Shown here piece after piece: positions 63,255 through 64,000 of a DNA stretch of 64,000 bases. The DNA is from Octopus sinensis (Eukaryota). The stretch lies in contig NC_043000.1 in assembly GCF_006345805.1 (NCBI RefSeq), positions 146,010,001-146,074,000 of the forward strand, given 5' to 3'. The notes under the pieces were generated by a model. The model did no database searches, had not been told where the DNA came from, and saw only the letters and a program-made list of their open reading frames with translations. Every line of letters starts with the position of its first letter. The stretch's first letter is position 1. The position numbers and the translations under genes were made by a program.

Positions 63255-64000
63255 AAAATAAACAGATCGACATGCAGACGGATAGGTACATAGGTTATAT
63301 GTACCTATGGCAGAAACGTTAGCACGCCGGGCGAAATGCGTAGCCGTATTTCGTCTGACGTTACGTTCTGAGTTCAAATTCCGCCGAGGTCGACTTTGCC
63401 TTTCATCCTTTCGGGGTCGATTAATCAGTTACGCACTGAGGTCGATATAATCGACTTAATCCGTTTGCCTGTCCTTGTTTGTCCTCTCTGTGTTTAGCCC
63501 CTTGTGGGTAGTTAAGAAATATGTACATATGAGATAAGAACAGACAAGCACACATACGCAATTGGAGACTGAAACACATGACCATATATATACACACACA
63601 CACTTTACTCCACACAAGGATACATATGGAGACACGGGTCCACACATATAGAGATGCACATCGATACATACAATCATGGTACATAGTTGCAAAGCACACA
63701 CACACACAGACTTGCACACACAGACTTGCACACACAAGAAGACAGAGGTGCATACATATACAAACACACGCTCACACACACACATACATAGAAAATACAC
63801 AAACACGGACATGCAAGCACATGAATATACAGAATACATACATACAGATATACATATATATATACATATGCATACATACACACACACATATATACATACA
63901 CACACATGTATACATACGCACATGCATGCATAGGCACACACAGACACTGACCCAAACACATGTGCACAAACAAACAAAAAGGAACGCACTGTAAATAACG
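63255..64000 (-). repeat. TG-rich interspersed repeat, copy 2 (inverted), interrupted by the family-B SINE; probably continues past the window end
   Basis: Reverse complement is collinear with 50560-51015. Confidence 0.75.
63310..63518 (+). mobile_element. Family-B SINE, near consensus, with 13-bp TSD (1 mismatch)
   Basis: atatgtacctatg (63297-63309) and atatgtacatatg (63519-63531). Confidence 0.92.

Overview
AT-rich eukaryotic (animal) non-coding DNA, very dense in repeats. The SINE families and (TA)n/(CA)n/(GATA)n/(AAT)n microsatellite load look like an Octopus-type cephalopod genome (recognition, not a database result). I found no intact host protein-coding gene, rRNA, true tRNA gene or CRISPR array. 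Most ORFs in the supplied track are microsatellite read-through or decayed transposon frames. Identifiable content: one near full-span RTE LINE (apparently inverted 5' leader, internal deletion); two families of restriction-like-endonuclease (R4/Dong-type) LINEs in tandem arrays separated by (TAA)n; CR1/L2-type LINE 3' ends whose tail is shared with a SINE family; three DD34D mariner and two DD37D (maT-like) remnants; about 18 tRNA-derived SINEs; a 273-bp foldback palindrome; and short (TA)n-associated elements with minimal type-I hammerhead-like folds. Best leads: microsatellites acting as landing pads that build nested arrays, and a variant-core hammerhead family, including a tRNA-head SINE fused to a hammerhead.
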